Positions 1 through 9,575 of a DNA stretch of 64,000 nt are shown here, one piece after another. Location of the stretch: the IMG/VR virus record IMGVR_UViG_3300045988_176682. The stretch is one strand, 5' to 3'. Below the pieces are notes generated by a model. It saw only the letters and a program-made list of their open reading frames with translations. It was not told the DNA's origin and did no database searches. Position 1 is the first letter of the stretch; every line of letters starts with the position of its first letter. The position numbers and the translations under genes were made by a program. The stretch comes from a virus.

Positions 1-1807
1 CGGTATATTCATCAGAGCCGCTTTCCTTAATATTCGTAACCCGGAAAGGTTTTGGTGTTCCGGTTTTAGCTGTTCCGTAAACAGTAAAAACACTCTTTTC
101 CGGTATATTGTCGGGAAGAGGTTCTTTTAAATTTAACTGATAAATATTCCCCGAACCGGTAAGGGGATTAATCTCGGTTTCATAAATTCCTTCCGGAGAC
201 GTAAACTCAACCTTGTAATCAATACCTGCTTCAAGATATAAAGCATCTCTTAAATTAACATAATGCCGGTCTTCTTCTACATCTTTAATACGTCCGGAGA
301 GAGCATAACCGAGGGTAGGGTCCGATAATAAGATAATATCCCAGACAGAAAGAGCCTGAGCCAGACGGTTTGTGTTAAATGAAACAATTAACTTTTCAGT
401 TAAGCAGGTTATCATGCGATAATATGCTCGACGGAGGGCTTCTCCTTCATAAATACACCCGACAGCGACAAAATCCTCGGTAACCCTTCCGTTCCTTATA
501 ATATCATCATTATTGCTTATTTGTCGAACATCGGTATCCCAATTTAGGTCGGGGTTAGTGAAAGCTACGGTAATCTCATTAAATCTGTTCTCGGGCTCGG
601 TAAATGAATATGTTAAACTTCCCTCAACAATATTCTCGGGTGTGAATAACATTATGGCATCTTGGTCTTTATCAATTTTAAGCCGGAGATAGCCGGTAGC
701 TTCTTCATACAGTACAGCATTAAAAGAAGCCGCCACATAGTTTATTTGATTCTTTCCATTTCTAATGTCTGAGATTAAAGTATTAAAAGTATATCTCGGC
801 TGTTTACCACCATGGCCGTCACTTACCAATTCGTCACACCATTGCCCTGCTTCATAAGTGTCCCACTTATCAAGTTCGACATCAGAATATGCCCGACAAC
901 CATACCGGTCATTCATAATGAGGTCATATAAACACCAAGCTGGATTATCACTCCAAGCAATTTTAAATGTTCCATCCCATATCCCGTCATAAGTTTTGGC
1001 AATCGGGTCATAGTTAGATGGAATTTTTATCTTTAATAACTTATAAACCCCGCTAAATTCCGGGATAGAGGAAAATTGGTCGGTAGCTTGACATGTGAGA
1101 TGAGCCAGGGCTGTGTGAGGGAAAGACCTAATCGTAGCATTAATTTCCTGCATAGACTCCCAACTGATATAGGAAGTAACTCCGGAACCGCCTCTGGTTT
1201 CTGTATCCTCAGACAGTTTAGTAACTCTTACATCGTAAGTTCCTTCAACCTGCTCTACAGGCCAACGGAGCTCCCTTACAAAAGTTGTGGTAGTCTTTCC
1301 GGTAATTTGTAAATTCTCATCTTCCGGAAAAACATTTTTCCATTCTTCATCCGTAGACTTTTTATATTCAATTTTAAAGACTGCGGTAGCCGCGCTAATC
1401 TGAGAACCTTTCTTTCCGGTTTTGGTATAATATAAGGATTGAACAACAAAACGCAGTTCAATAAAATCAATATTCCCTCCCTGAGTTGAACGAACAAGGG
1501 CTTTATCTTTAGTTAATTCCACCCCGACAGTATTACTGCGAGTCGAACCTACTAAAGAAAATTTTACCTCTTCATCGACACCACTCCCGGGTAATATCTC
1601 TAAATTAAAATTTTCAAAGTTATTGGTACCATTATCATTAATCAGTGGGGTATTATCCAAATAAAAGGATTTTCCTCCATCTTTAAGACCCTCAATTTCA
1701 CCTTCACATAACCCAAGCAATACTTCTACGGTATCATCGGAAAATAAACTGTCTGCGGCAGTTGAGCTTAAATTTTTTCCTTTTTTTAACTGAAATTTAT
1801 TTTCCAT
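1..1807 (-). CDS. tail tip / host-specificity protein, lambda gpJ-like (N-terminal ~600 aa; C-terminus beyond window start)
   Basis: ATG at 1807 overlapping the stop of the upstream gene; my own minus-strand translation stays open to position 1 (not in the ORF track because it has no in-window stop). Blocks EGEIEGLKDGGKSFYLDNTPL and YDGIWDGTFKIAWSDNPAWCLYDLIMNDRYG...DKWDTYEAGQWCDELVSDGHGGKQPRYTFN match lambda J (SEGPIEGPVDGLKS; YSGIWDGTFKPAYSNNMAWCLWDML...DKWALYVIGQYCDQSVPDGFGGTEPRITCN). Confidence 0.85.
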   Translation of the reverse strand, partial: MENKFQLKKGKNLSSTAADSLFSDDTVEVLLGLCEGEIEGLKDGGKSFYLDNTPLINDNGTNNFENFNLEILPGSGVDEEVKFSLVGSTRSNTVGVELTKDKALVRSTQGGNIDFIELRFVVQSLYYTKTGKKGSQISAATAVFKIEYKKSTDEEWKNVFPEDENLQITGKTTTTFVRELRWPVEQVEGTYDVRVTKLSEDTETRGGSGVTSYISWESMQEINATIRSFPHTALAHLTCQATDQFSSIPEFSGVYKLLKIKIPSNYDPIAKTYDGIWDGTFKIAWSDNPAWCLYDLIMNDRYGCRAYSDVELDKWDTYEAGQWCDELVSDGHGGKQPRYTFNTLISDIRNGKNQINYVAASFNAVLYEEATGYLRLKIDKDQDAIMLFTPENIVEGSLTYSFTEPENRFNEITVAFTNPDLNWDTDVRQISNNDDIIRNGRVTEDFVAVGCIYEGEALRRAYYRMITCLTEKLIVSFNTNRLAQALSVWDIILLSDPTLGYALSGRIKDVEEDRHYVNLRDALYLEAGIDYKVEFTSPEGIYETEINPLTGSGNIYQLNLKEPLPDNIPEKSVFTVYGTAKTGTPKPFRVTNIKESGSDEYT

Positions 1808-2384
1808 CAGACCCTGCCATTACTAAACTTGAAGAACTAATATTAAATGATAAATAATGTCCATGAACTTTAAACAGACCATATCCGATAGGGATAGGAG
1901 TTCCTGATGCTGTAGTATTTGCAGGAGAGCCTAAATATTTATTATCGGCTGAGGAACCATCATCTGATTTATTTTTTAATTTTGGCGTAAGTAAATAAGT
2001 TAAAGCACCAAAAGCCATGAGAGTTAAGCCCCAGTTAGCCAAGTAGGCAGAAGCAGGGTTACCGGGGGCGAATATGTTTGCAACAAAAGCTACGGCAATC
2101 ATTGTTGCTCCCACAATCATTTGTCCCATTCCTCCTGATTTACTCATCTCAGTATAGGGATAAATATCAATATTATCTGTATATAATTTACAATAAATAC
2201 TTTCCCGAGTAGCATATCCAGGAATTTGTATCGCATATCTTCCTATTTCTAACGGAGCCTTTAATGCAGGATAGTTATGAGAGACATACATTATAGCATC
2301 ATGGAGAGTTTCGAACGACCCTTCAATAACTTCCGGGATTAACTTTTCTAAGAACCCGTGGAATTTTATTTTAACTTTTCTCAA
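1797..2384 (-). CDS. tail assembly protein, lambda gpI-like
   Basis: 195 aa. N-terminal ubiquitin-like region, then a Gly/hydrophobic segment (MSKSGGMGQMIVGATMIAVAFV) and C-terminal IPIGYGLFKVHGHYLSF, resembling lambda gpI (AGAKSGGVFQIVLGAAAIAG...VLPVLYGEMRVGSRVV). Lies between the K-like and J-like genes. Confidence 0.75.
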   Translation of the reverse strand: MRKVKIKFHGFLEKLIPEVIEGSFETLHDAIMYVSHNYPALKAPLEIGRYAIQIPGYATRESIYCKLYTDNIDIYPYTEMSKSGGMGQMIVGATMIAVAFVANIFAPGNPASAYLANWGLTLMAFGALTYLLTPKLKNKSDDGSSADNKYLGSPANTTASGTPIPIGYGLFKVHGHYLSFNISSSSLVMAGSDGK

Positions 2385-2697
2385 CTAAAATTCCTCCCTG
2401 CGTAATAAAACATTTTATACCATCTTTACCACAAATATAGTGTTGTAGTCTAGGATAATTTTTGAATGTTAAATAATCAGAAACGCTTAGATTACTGCTA
2501 CCTCCGGGATGGGTATGGAAAGTTCCCAAAACACAGGGTTCTTCCAATAAACTGAGGTCTTCTTCACTTAAAGAAAAACCCTCCATCGGATTATCATTAA
2601 CGTTTTTTAACTCGATTAATGATTTATTGGTGGTTATTATTCCACCTCTCTCAGGACCGCTGTCTGAGTAAAAGTAATTGATGTTTAATTCGCTCAT
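2371..2697 (-). CDS. MPN/JAMM-domain tail protein (equivalent of N-terminal half of lambda gpK)
   Basis: FHTHPGGSSNLSVSD matches the JAMM metalloprotease motif HxHx7Sx2D and aligns with lambda K ALVHSHPGGLPWLSEAD. Overlaps the upstream NlpC/P60 gene by 47 nt in another frame. Confidence 0.75.
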   Translation of the reverse strand: MSELNINYFYSDSGPERGGIITTNKSLIELKNVNDNPMEGFSLSEEDLSLLEEPCVLGTFHTHPGGSSNLSVSDYLTFKNYPRLQHYICGKDGIKCFITQGGILVEKS

Positions 2698-3142
2698 CTT
2701 CCATTAAGTCCCTTTTTACATAAACGTTATCGATAACAACGTCTCTATGCCTTAAAACCGATGTAGTGGTATTGTACCAAACGGATTTATAAAGTTCAAT
2801 AGAGGATTTTCTTCCATAAAAATGGTGCAGGATTTTTCCATCATCCACATAAATAGCAGCATGGCAGGGATAGAGAGATTTTACCGCCATTAAAATAACA
2901 TCGCCATACTGAAATTCTTGAGGTCTGATATTATCTATGGTATGAAAACCCTCTCTCGGAAAATATTCTGCGTAAAGATTCATATCGGCATTCCACCAGA
3001 AATCAGGCCGAGCATAATTAGTTAATTCAATACCGAAAGCAACCCTGTAAAAATCTCTAATTAAAGAGTAACAATCATTAGTCCCATGGAGAAAATCCTT
3101 GCCGGTAAAAAGGGATAATTCTTTCTCTGTCAATTTTTTCAT
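2651..3142 (-). CDS. NlpC/P60 cysteine-peptidase tail protein (equivalent of C-terminal half of lambda gpK)
   Basis: GTNDCYSLIRDFY (catalytic Cys) and HAAIYVDDGKILHH (His) align with lambda K GVTDCYTLFRDAY...NHAAIYCGDGELLHH. Confidence 0.8.
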   Translation of the reverse strand: MKKLTEKELSLFTGKDFLHGTNDCYSLIRDFYRVAFGIELTNYARPDFWWNADMNLYAEYFPREGFHTIDNIRPQEFQYGDVILMAVKSLYPCHAAIYVDDGKILHHFYGRKSSIELYKSVWYNTTTSVLRHRDVVIDNVYVKRDLMEDERIKHQLLLLRQRS

Positions 3143-3146
3143 ATCT

Positions 3147-3632
3147 TTATCCTAATGTTACAGAAGGAAAGTCTGGTTGAATAAACAGTCTGGCCGGAAC
3201 GTTAAAGTTATTGCCGTCCATCGGATTTCTTAATTCTAACTCTACATAATTTTTAGTAATTGATTTTACATTCCAGATAATCCATTTTAATCTTTGATAA
3301 ATTTCTCTGTTATTATCTAAATCTTGTCTCAATACACGATACCGGTATAGTGTAGCTTTTTCAATATCCCCGCTGATAAATAAACTGGAAAAAATACCTT
3401 CCGGGTTTACTACCCTTAATGTCGGCCGGGATAATTTTTCGGAGTCAAGCTCATGTCCTGATAACTCAATGGGATAACCTTCCCACAAATAACCAGCCCA
3501 CTCTATATCATCTCCGGCTTTCAACCTTAAAGTTGTTTTATTATATAAATCAATTTGAAATAAATCGACATAGGCATCGGCCTCTAATTTAAGGTTTTCA
3601 ATTTTATGGGTATCTGGAATAATTGTAGCCAT
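3147..3632 (-). CDS. minor tail protein, lambda gpL-like (N-terminal domain only)
   Basis: YVDLFQIDLYNKTTLRL...WAGYLWEGYPIELSGHELDSEKLSRPTLRVVNPEGIF resembles lambda L VVLWEIDLTEVGGERYFF...WQGRQYQPYPIQGSGFELNGKGTSTRPTLTVSNLYGM. Lacks the Cys-rich C-terminus. Gene order supports it. Confidence 0.65.
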   Translation of the reverse strand: MATIIPDTHKIENLKLEADAYVDLFQIDLYNKTTLRLKAGDDIEWAGYLWEGYPIELSGHELDSEKLSRPTLRVVNPEGIFSSLFISGDIEKATLYRYRVLRQDLDNNREIYQRLKWIIWNVKSITKNYVELELRNPMDGNNFNVPARLFIQPDFPSVTLG

Positions 3633-4045
3633 TAAAATACCTCTTTTAATTTTACTGTAAAATCAGCACACACTCCATTTCCTCCAACTAGCCTTTTTGG
3701 TAGGGGAAGAGGCTCCTTAAACCTTACTTTCAGTTCGCCTTCGGTAGGATGATGATATAAGAAGCTTTTGTGGGTTAAATGTTTTTTATAAAACTCGCGT
3801 AAAGCGCCCATATTATTAATAGATTTATTGGTCTCAAAATCCAATACTGTTCGGTTTCCTTCTTCTTTAGTGTACCATTTATAACCGGTAAAGGTGAGAG
3901 AAAATTCCCTCAGTACAGGAAAATTTCCATCTGTGGCAAAAGAATATCCCCCGCCAAAATCTACGGAAAAACCTTGGCTGACAAATGTTCCTTCTTCACT
4001 ATGGAGCATAAAATCATCAAAATTATCAAGTGTCGTATCTGCCAA
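3632..4045 (-). CDS. minor tail protein, lambda gpM-like
   Basis: VDFGGGYSFATDGNFPVLREFSLTFTG...KSFLYHHPTEGELKVRF resembles lambda M VRFGDGYSQRAPAGLNANLKTYSVTLS...KSFLWTPPYEWRQIKVTC. Sits immediately downstream of the tape measure gene. Confidence 0.65.
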   Translation of the reverse strand: MADTTLDNFDDFMLHSEEGTFVSQGFSVDFGGGYSFATDGNFPVLREFSLTFTGYKWYTKEEGNRTVLDFETNKSINNMGALREFYKKHLTHKSFLYHHPTEGELKVRFKEPLPLPKRLVGGNGVCADFTVKLKEVF

Positions 4046-4046
4046 C

Positions 4047-7000
4047 TTAGCCTCCCATACTTACCTGTTTAATTAATTGTTTAATAGTGCCGTTTGTTTT
4101 TATATCCCGACTAACGGTAGCAATAATATTATCCGGGTCTTCTTGAGGAACTTGGTCAGGTGTAACAACCCATATATTCATTGTAGAATTTTTAGTTCCC
4201 GAACTCTTTTCTCCAGTCTGAGAAAGTCCCTCAGAAGTAGAAGTGAGAAAATCAGTGTTTCCGGCATTAAGATTAGAAAGAAAATCAGTACCGACAGCTT
4301 CAACGGCAGATTTTCTCATAACATATTCTCCGGGCATTAATCTGGCATTAATCGAATCCCGGTTGGCTATTCCACCTTTTACAAGACCTCCATGAGACGC
4401 AGTGAAGAATCCGCCGGAACCGGTAACTCCTCCGGATTCAACAACTCCTCCTCCAAATAAAGACCCTATCCCGCTAGAAACAAGACCAAGTAAACCTGTA
4501 GGGTTTCCAGAGCTGTCATCCCCACCGAATATTCTTGATAAGAATAATTTAGCGGTTTCACTATAGAATGTTTGTTCCATAGCTCTTAAAATTCCGTTGC
4601 ACATATCCCTAAAGGCATCTCCGGTCTTTTCGGTACCGTTAATAGCTACGTCAAAAAAGTTTGTAAGAGCCCCTTCGGCTTCATTTAATCCAGTGTACCA
4701 AGTCTGGCCAAAAAGCTCTCCAGTAGCGAAATTAAGGCCACTGTTGAAATAAGTATTCTGGCTCGCATATGAGTCTCTGGCATTTGTGAAAGAGTTTATA
4801 AATGCCTGATTAATATTTTCGTTAGACTCTAACTTATTAATGGCATCAATAGTACCTTGTAACTCCAACATGGTACCTTCAAGTTCTTTAATCTGTACAT
4901 CAAGGTCATTAATGGTTGAGGTATATTTTTCTTCTGCCCGAGCTGCTTCCTCGTAATTTTTCCTAGCTTCTTTTATCTGGTCAGCAGTAGCAGTTGTACT
5001 ATTTCTAAGATTATTGAAAACTCTTTCAGTTTCTTCTAAATTTTGTTTTATCTCTCGATAATCTAAACTTTTAATCAGAGAAGTTCTACGTTCATTTAAG
5101 TCCTTCCTGGTTGTAAATGCTAAGTTATAACGAGTTTGATAATCTCTTCTTTGGTCTAATTCTATACGACTTCTTCCAGCGCTTTCTTCAATAGAAGCTC
5201 CCATCAGACCATATCCGGTAACTAAACCCTCCCGATACCGATATCTGTTTTCTAAGTCAGCAATAGCTTTTTCATACTTTTTATTAATATCATCGATAGA
5301 AGAATTAAGAGCCTTGAAATAAGCATTTTGAGACTCGGCATTTCTGTCGAAAGTAGATTTTACTTTTTCTACCTCGGACTTAATTTGAGCTCTTTTATTT
5401 TTATAAGAAGCATTTAAATTAGCCAAATCTTCGTCAAAAGTAATTGCTTTTACAATATTTTTTCGACCCTCTTCTAAATCAGCTTTTTGTTTTAAGAAAT
5501 CAAGCTCTGCTTCTCTCTCTAATCTTTTCTGTTCAGCATCCAAAGAAGATAGAGGCTTACTGGTTAAGGACCGGATACCTTCCTTAAACTTTCGGTCACT
5601 TTCTCTCTGAGCCTTCTTAGCTTCCTGTTTTATAACTTCAGAATTAATATTTGAAAGTTCTGCTACAAACTCAACATAATTAGAGGTAATTTCCTGATAA
5701 ATTTTACTCGTTTTATCAGTTAAAGCCTGTTTTACTTTGTCGAGATTACCTTTTGTATAAGTATTAGCCAGAGACTGAATATCAGTTCCCATGAATTTAA
5801 CCATATCTTCGATACTACCCTTTTGAAGATAATTCAAACGAGTCTCGGCAGCCATGGTTAATTCAGCTACTCCAGCAGAAATTTCTGCGCTCGAATAGTT
5901 ACCACTGGTTGATAGGTCGGTTAACTTAGCTCTCAAAGCTGTCAAATCACTGGAAGTAACTTTCATTACTCCTTGAATTACAGCATCGAAAGATTTGTCC
6001 AACATATTTTGGAGGTTCTTCGAATTTTCCTGTTCGACAGTTTTCTGCTGGTCTAAGAACTTAGTGATTAAATCTCTTGTTTCCTCGGTTAAGCCAGAAG
6101 TAGAATCAGAAAGAAGTTTCATTAAATCATCAAGAAATTCTTGTCCTCTTTTCTCATATTGAGATTCAAGGGCAGCAATATAACTAGCGGATTCTTTTTC
6201 AGTAGCAGCATATCTTGAAGCTCTATAAGATTCAATACCTGCACGCCCTGCTTTTACTCCATAAGAGGCAATATTACCATAAGGGTTTAATCTCTCAAGA
6301 GTAGATGCAACATCAATTCCACTCAAAAATTTTGTTACTGGGGACCGAGATTCTTCTTGTTGAACCCTTAAGCTGTTAGCAGTATTTTTATCAATAATTC
6401 CGTACTGTTGAAGAATACTCACTTGCTTATTTTTATCCTCAACAGATAATCTATCCTGCATAACTCTTGCAGCCTCTCTGGTAAGGTCTCTGGCTGCCTT
6501 TGACGAACCTCTTGCGGCTTCGGCATTAAAATTAGCAAGTCTTATCTGAGCTTCTAATAATCTGTCAGCAAGTTCCTCAAAAGACTTAATGGGCTCCTTC
6601 ATAATATCCGCAATTTGAGGGAATCTTGTAATAATCATATTAACAAATTTATTTAACTCTTTTTGTCCTTCCGGACCAGAAAACTTTTCTCTCTGTACAA
6701 AAGCCCTTGAGATAACATTAGAAAAAGCATCATAACTTTCTTGGGCCTTATTTATCTCTCCTTGTTTATCTTCCATAATAGAGGCAGTTTTTTCATAACT
6801 TCTGCCAACAGAATCTAAACTTTTATACAGACTATAAGCAGCAGCAGCCACAGCACCAATAGCGGCAGCAGCTCCAACATAAGCTAAAAGAGACCCTCCA
6901 GCAAAAGCTGCGGCTAATCCTCCGGCAGCTGTTTTAGCATCTAAAAGACTCTTTCCCAGAACAATAATTTGCCCAATGGTCTTGGCTACTAAACCGACCG

Positions 7001-8702
7001 TGCCGGCTAACCCTGTACCGATTGCTAACATAGAGATAAAAGAAGCAATTACGTTGCCGTTAGATTTAGCAAGATTATTAAATGCCTCAAGTAAGGATTG
7101 TGATATTCTGATAAGAGGTTCAAACCCCTCATAAGCTAAAGAACCTACTACCGACTGAGTATTTGCAAAAGTATTTTTTAAACCCTCCATTTGGGTCTGG
7201 TTAGCTTTAGTGGCAGCGGTACTGAGGGTCATCTTCTCAGTCAAATCATCCATCAATCCAATCTGATTGAGAATAGCCACCATAGCGGCCGCGCCGCGTC
7301 TCTCCATACCTTTATAAGCCTCAGTAACTCCAAATCCGGCTTCTTTCATGGTTTTTAAGACAGGTATAAAACCTCTGGTCTTTACATCTACATCAGCCAT
7401 AGTCAGCCCTATTTTAGCTAACTGGTCCTGAAATTTCTTAGTCGGTTTAATTAACTCGGTAAAAACAGCACGAAGACCGGTACCTTGAGTAGATACTGAT
7501 TTAATACCGGACTGGGCCATAGCGGCAGTAGCAGCTGCTGTTTCTTCGAAAGAAACACCTAAGTTGGCTGCGGTATTGCCGGCGTACTGTAAAACATACT
7601 GAAATCCCTTAATTTCGGCCTTAGATTCATTCATGGCCGTGGTTAAGGCATTGGTAACATATTTAGCCTCATCAGCTTGAAGATTATAAATATTTAAGGC
7701 TGAGGTAATTGTTTGGGTCGAAGTAGCAAGGTCGGTACCGGTTGCGGTGGCGAGTTCGGCAATAGATCCTAAAGTGTCTTTAATCTGTTGAACAGACAAA
7801 CCGGCCTGTCCCAAAACAACGGCCGCTCTGGTGATTTCCAGAGACGTAAATTTAGTAGCATTAGCAACATCAATAATACTATTTTTCAAGGCTTCGAGAC
7901 CGGCATCAGATACCGCAGTAATAGCTTGAAGATTTTTAAGCTCCTGGTCAAACTCAACCACATAACCGGTCAGATAAGAAAAAGCCCTTGTAACTGAATT
8001 AATTACAGCATAGTTAGCAATTAATTTAGCCTGGATAAGAGCCAGAGCTCCTCCACCTACCCTTTGGAGTTTTTCGGATGCTGCAATCTGCTGATTAATA
8101 GGGTCAAGAGTTTCTGTATAAAGTTTCTTTACCCTTTCGAGAGCTTTTATACTAGCCGCTTCTTTAGTTGTTCCTATACTGGCCAGCATCTTAGCTTCAT
8201 ATTGAGAAAAAGCTTTATCTACCATCCCCCGATATGCACCGGATTGCTGATACATAGAAGTACTAATACCAAGCCTGTCTCTCGAGTTACTGAACCCAAA
8301 TCCATACTGGGATAATCTTTTAGTTAAAGTATCAGAAAAAACAGTAGCGGCATCTCTGGCTATTTTATTATTGACTTGTGCTAACTGGGCATTAGCTCGA
8401 TTCGGATTAACTGAATAAAGACTGTTTAACTGTTTTGTTTGCTTCTTCTGAAAAGTGAGAGCTGAAAATTGTTCAGGATTACCTGCTCCAGTCTGGGCCA
8501 ATATTTTTTTATACTGAACCATACTTGTGGAAAGCATTTTGTTAAAGTTCTTTGTCGCAGCAGAGAATTTCTTGCCGGTAGTATCTATATCCTTATTAAG
8601 ATTTTCGACAAGTTTCTGTAATTCGGTAAGAGTTTTTTTAGCCTCTTTACCATCCAGATTAACTCTTGCGTTAAGGTCAGATTCTTTATCACTAAATGCC
8701 AT
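4047..8702 (-). CDS. tail tape measure protein
   Basis: 1551 aa, highly alpha-helical with coiled-coil character, plus a hydrophobic Gly/Ala-rich segment (LAGTVGLVAKTIGQIIVLG...AAAFAGGSLLAYVGAAAAIGAVAAAAY). Positioned after the G/GT chaperones and before the M-like gene. Confidence 0.85.
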   Translation of the reverse strand: MAFSDKESDLNARVNLDGKEAKKTLTELQKLVENLNKDIDTTGKKFSAATKNFNKMLSTSMVQYKKILAQTGAGNPEQFSALTFQKKQTKQLNSLYSVNPNRANAQLAQVNNKIARDAATVFSDTLTKRLSQYGFGFSNSRDRLGISTSMYQQSGAYRGMVDKAFSQYEAKMLASIGTTKEAASIKALERVKKLYTETLDPINQQIAASEKLQRVGGGALALIQAKLIANYAVINSVTRAFSYLTGYVVEFDQELKNLQAITAVSDAGLEALKNSIIDVANATKFTSLEITRAAVVLGQAGLSVQQIKDTLGSIAELATATGTDLATSTQTITSALNIYNLQADEAKYVTNALTTAMNESKAEIKGFQYVLQYAGNTAANLGVSFEETAAATAAMAQSGIKSVSTQGTGLRAVFTELIKPTKKFQDQLAKIGLTMADVDVKTRGFIPVLKTMKEAGFGVTEAYKGMERRGAAAMVAILNQIGLMDDLTEKMTLSTAATKANQTQMEGLKNTFANTQSVVGSLAYEGFEPLIRISQSLLEAFNNLAKSNGNVIASFISMLAIGTGLAGTVGLVAKTIGQIIVLGKSLLDAKTAAGGLAAAFAGGSLLAYVGAAAAIGAVAAAAYSLYKSLDSVGRSYEKTASIMEDKQGEINKAQESYDAFSNVISRAFVQREKFSGPEGQKELNKFVNMIITRFPQIADIMKEPIKSFEELADRLLEAQIRLANFNAEAARGSSKAARDLTREAARVMQDRLSVEDKNKQVSILQQYGIIDKNTANSLRVQQEESRSPVTKFLSGIDVASTLERLNPYGNIASYGVKAGRAGIESYRASRYAATEKESASYIAALESQYEKRGQEFLDDLMKLLSDSTSGLTEETRDLITKFLDQQKTVEQENSKNLQNMLDKSFDAVIQGVMKVTSSDLTALRAKLTDLSTSGNYSSAEISAGVAELTMAAETRLNYLQKGSIEDMVKFMGTDIQSLANTYTKGNLDKVKQALTDKTSKIYQEITSNYVEFVAELSNINSEVIKQEAKKAQRESDRKFKEGIRSLTSKPLSSLDAEQKRLEREAELDFLKQKADLEEGRKNIVKAITFDEDLANLNASYKNKRAQIKSEVEKVKSTFDRNAESQNAYFKALNSSIDDINKKYEKAIADLENRYRYREGLVTGYGLMGASIEESAGRSRIELDQRRDYQTRYNLAFTTRKDLNERRTSLIKSLDYREIKQNLEETERVFNNLRNSTTATADQIKEARKNYEEAARAEEKYTSTINDLDVQIKELEGTMLELQGTIDAINKLESNENINQAFINSFTNARDSYASQNTYFNSGLNFATGELFGQTWYTGLNEAEGALTNFFDVAINGTEKTGDAFRDMCNGILRAMEQTFYSETAKLFLSRIFGGDDSSGNPTGLLGLVSSGIGSLFGGGVVESGGVTGSGGFFTASHGGLVKGGIANRDSINARLMPGEYVMRKSAVEAVGTDFLSNLNAGNTDFLTSTSEGLSQTGEKSSGTKNSTMNIWVVTPDQVPQEDPDNIIATVSRDIKTNGTIKQLIKQVSMGG

Positions 8703-8706
8703 GGTA

Positions 8707-9138
8707 TTACTTTCCCATCTTATTAATTATAGCTTCCAGCTCTTGTTCTGTTTTTGGAGTTACAACATTTTTCTTACTGCTTCCACCAAAGGCTTGGCTA
8801 ATAATTTTTGCCATAACTTCATATTGATTGAGAGTTTGCATATTTAGTTCAGATATTTTTATCTTCACATACTGCTTTATCTCCCGATAAGAATAATAAT
8901 ACTGAATATCAGATATGGGTTTTCTAAAGGCCCAAAAAACAAGGTCTGAAAAATTAAGGGACTTTAACCATTCTCTGACGGACTGGAACTCTCCTTTTTG
9001 TCGTTCGAGTTCGGAATTACGCCTAGCTGCTTCAATAAGTTTGCTCTCGCCGTGTACTGGGCCTCGTTTTTCTTCATTAAGAGCTCTTGATTCCGCAGCT
9101 TCTTCATAAAAAAATTGTTGACGTGTTCTCCACACCAT
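8707..9138 (-). CDS. T-portion of tail assembly chaperone GT, expressed by -1 frameshift from the G frame (predicted fusion ~244 aa)
   Basis: ORF in the -1 frame relative to 8964..9440, overlapping it by 175 nt. It ends 5 nt before the tape measure start. The ATG at 9138 is probably not used independently. Confidence 0.65.
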   Translation of the reverse strand: MVWRTRQQFFYEEAAESRALNEEKRGPVHGESKLIEAARRNSELERQKGEFQSVREWLKSLNFSDLVFWAFRKPISDIQYYYSYREIKQYVKIKISELNMQTLNQYEVMAKIISQAFGGSSKKNVVTPKTEQELEAIINKMGK

Positions 9139-9440
9139 GCAGCAATTTTAATCGCGTCATCGGCTGTCATTTCTTCTTTAAATTCCTCAATCTCCGGAGG
9201 GATAACAACATTGCCTTTGTCATCAAACTGGCAAGTAATTAAATCAATGAAGACAGATTGAATGTCATCATTAATCAAATAAGTTTCAAATTGTCTCGGA
9301 TTTTCGGAAGCATACTGGGAAAGTCTTAAGAGTTGTTTATACTTCATTTTTAAGCGGATTTCTTTACCGTTCTTAATTTTAAAGATGAGTTCATCTTCTA
9401 ACGGAACCAGCAAATCCTCGGTTTTGATTTCATCAGACAT
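8964..9440 (-). CDS. tail assembly chaperone (lambda gpG-like)
   Basis: 158 aa, acidic ORF immediately upstream of the tape measure. Its 3' end is overlapped by a -1 frame ORF, the classic G/GT arrangement. Confidence 0.7.
   Translation of the reverse strand: MSDEIKTEDLLVPLEDELIFKIKNGKEIRLKMKYKQLLRLSQYASENPRQFETYLINDDIQSVFIDLITCQFDDKGNVVIPPEIEEFKEEMTADDAIKIAAWCGEHVNNFFMKKLRNQELLMKKNEAQYTARANLLKQLGVIPNSNDKKESSSPSENG
9108..9114 (-). other. slippery heptamer T_TTT_TTT for -1 programmed frameshift (G to GT)
   Basis: Minus strand reads AAC AAT TTT TTT ATG (NNFFM) in the G frame. A -1 slip gives TTT TTT TAT GAA GAA (FFYEE), the frame of 8707..9138. Checked by codon arithmetic from both ORF ends. 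Confidence 0.6.
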
Positions 9441-9495
9441 AGTTTTCTCCTAATAAGTTTACGAAATTATCATAAGTCATAATTTAACCTTTGTA

Positions 9496-9527
9496 AATAC
9501 AAAATCCGGCATCTTTCGATGCCGGAC
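9496..9527 (-). terminator. intrinsic terminator after the major tail protein gene
   Basis: Minus strand: 9-bp stem TCCGGCATC/GATGCCGGA with loop GAAA, followed by ATTTTGTATTT. Confidence 0.5.
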
Positions 9528-9575
9528 CTGCTAACCGCTTATTAGGAGTTTTTCTACGGTTAAGTCTCTCAAATA

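Noticed and set aside
1076-1497. ORFs 1076..1312(+) and 1276..1497(-)
   Set aside because: They lie inside the gpJ-like coding frame, whose translation shows strong lambda J homology.
4077-8847. Plus-strand ORFs (4077..4340, 7788..7997, 8064..8315, 8527..8847) antisense to the tape measure gene
   Set aside because: Embedded in a long, well-supported minus-strand gene. No ribosome-binding sites and low-complexity translations.
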